The notes beneath the pieces are model-generated. The model was not told the DNA's origin, made no database searches, and saw nothing but the letters and a program-made list of their open reading frames with translations. From Deltaproteobacteria bacterium (GTDB taxonomy: Bacteria > Desulfobacterota_D > UBA1144 > Nemesobacterales > JAJCZQ01): a DNA stretch of 64,000 bases. The stretch is taken from NCBI GenBank assembly GCA_029262335.1, contig JAJCZQ010000048.1, positions 3,844-67,843 on the forward strand, in the 5' to 3' direction. The position numbers and the translations under genes are program-made. Positions 62,726 to 64,000 of this stretch are shown piece after piece (the stretch's first letter is position 1; each line of letters begins with the position of its first letter).

Positions 62726-63642
62726 TGAACGGGGTAATTGTTGTTGATAAACCAAAGGGATTTACTTCAAATAAAATACTTGGAAGAGTAAAAAAGATAT
62801 TAAATATTAAAAAGGCAGGCCATACCGGCACCCTCGATCCATTTGCTACAGGAGTGCTTCCTATATGTTTAAATGAGGCAACTAAACTTATTCCTTATTT
62901 CAACGAAGAATATAAAGAATACATTGGTTTAATTACTTTAGGAATTGAAACTGATACCCTGGATGAGACCGGAAATATAATAAATAATAAGACTGTTGGA
63001 AAAATCGAAGAAAGTGATATATTAACATGTCTTTATTCTTTTAAGGGTTCTATCTCTCAGATACCTCCCATGTATTCTGCACTAAAAGTAAATGGTGTAA
63101 GGCTTTACAATATGGCAAGGAAGGGAGAGGTCGTAGAGAGAAAACCCAGAGAGATTTATATTGATAAGATTGAACTGTTATCTTTTGAATCTCCTTATAT
63201 TGAATTTTATGTGAGATGTACAAAAGGTACTTATATCAGGTCCCTTGCAAGTGATATAGGTGCTAAAATTGGCTGCGGCGGCAGTCTTAAAGAATTAAAA
63301 AGAGTATCAAGCGGACAGTTTAGTATTGATGATTCATTTAATTTAGATGATATAGAAGAAAATAAATATAAAATAAAAAGTATAAACGAACTTTTAAAAG
63401 AGTATAAGAATATAAATGTTGATGATGACCTGGAAAAAATAATAAGAAATGGAAAGAAATTAATAAAAAAATATTTCGAACATCTGTTTATTCCGGATTT
63501 AAAGATAAAAGAAAAGTTTGTAATTAAAAATGGAAACAGATCTATTGCTATTTTAGAAGCTCTAAAATCAACAATAGAAATAAAAGATATTAATAATAGT
63601 GAAACAATTTTTAAAATATTAAGAGTATTAAACTATTCGTAA
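62725..63642 (+). CDS. truB: tRNA pseudouridine(55) synthase
   Basis: DKPKGFTS, KAGHTGTLDPFATGVL, QIPPMYSALKVNG, CTKGTYIRSL. Confidence 0.97.
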   Translation: MNGVIVVDKPKGFTSNKILGRVKKILNIKKAGHTGTLDPFATGVLPICLNEATKLIPYFNEEYKEYIGLITLGIETDTLDETGNIINNKTVGKIEESDILTCLYSFKGSISQIPPMYSALKVNGVRLYNMARKGEVVERKPREIYIDKIELLSFESPYIEFYVRCTKGTYIRSLASDIGAKIGCGGSLKELKRVSSGQFSIDDSFNLDDIEENKYKIKSINELLKEYKNINVDDDLEKIIRNGKKLIKKYFEHLFIPDLKIKEKFVIKNGNRSIAILEALKSTIEIKDINNSETIFKILRVLNYS

Positions 63643-63659
63643 AATTTTCGGAGGACACA

Positions 63660-63929
63660 ATGCCACTCGATAGAGAAGACAAGTTAGAGGTTGTTAAAGA
63701 ATACAGCGATGTAATAACAAACGTCGGAGCAACCGAAGTACAGATAGGGCTTTTATCTAAAAGAATTGATTATCTGTCAGAACATATGAATGCTGCACCA
63801 AAAGATAACCATTCCAGAAAAGGGCTGGTAAGACTTGTAGCTAAAAGAAGAAAACTGCTCAACTATATGAAAAGAACCAAACCGGAAAAGTATGGTGATT
63901 TAATTAAAAAAATAGGATTGAGAAAGTAA
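63660..63929 (+). CDS. rpsO: 30S ribosomal protein S15
   Basis: G.TEVQI.LLS.RI..L.EH...PKDNHSRKGL..LV.KRRKLL.Y. Confidence 0.96.
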   Translation: MPLDREDKLEVVKEYSDVITNVGATEVQIGLLSKRIDYLSEHMNAAPKDNHSRKGLVRLVAKRRKLLNYMKRTKPEKYGDLIKKIGLRK

Positions 63930-63948
63930 AAAATTCAGGAGGAACTCC

Positions 63949-64000
63949 TTGTCAATACCATTTAAAACAGTAGAAAAAGAACTATTCGGTAAACAGTATA
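63949..64000 (+). CDS. pnp: Probable start of polynucleotide phosphorylase (runs off the window)
   Basis: SD AGGAGG then TTG 63949: MSIPFKTVEKELFGKQY...; call rests mainly on rpsO-pnp synteny. Confidence 0.6.
   Translation, partial: MSIPFKTVEKELFGKQY

Overview
Compact, AT-rich bacterial chromosome segment, mostly core genes on the + strand. Gene content and order suggest a deltaproteobacterial-type lineage (Desulfobacterota or Ca. Dadabacteria-like); this is an inference. The window runs from the end of the spc/alpha ribosomal cluster (map-infA-rpmJ-rpsMKD-rpoA-rplQ) through metabolic genes, an EF-G paralogue and an alr-linked MCE/Mla transporter locus. It continues with dtd-smpB-tmRNA-rph-rdgB-pyrG-RNase II, ptsP, gltA, a System I*-type ccmABCDEF cluster with two extra genes, cobA-hemD, an ECF sigma module and uvrB, and ends with rimP-nusA-infB-rbfA-truB-rpsO and the start of pnp. 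I saw no mobile element, prophage, CRISPR array, tRNA or rRNA. The ORF track missed rpmJ, ccmD, the tmRNA with its tag ORF, and the pnp start. Best candidates for something undescribed: (1) an MCE locus with no MlaA/B/C that instead encodes a signal-peptide protein of about 20 aromatic-Pro repeats and an MlaD with a repetitive stalk; (2) a ccm cluster whose CcmC lacks the second heme-ligand His, with a Cys-type CcmE, a His-bearing CcmD and two accessory membrane proteins sharing a helical motif; (3) repeated absence of Zn ligands in unrelated proteins; (4) apparent leaderless genes; (5) an AT-rich spacer with an ACTTTAA array and a perfect palindrome. All calls come from reading motifs; no searches were run.
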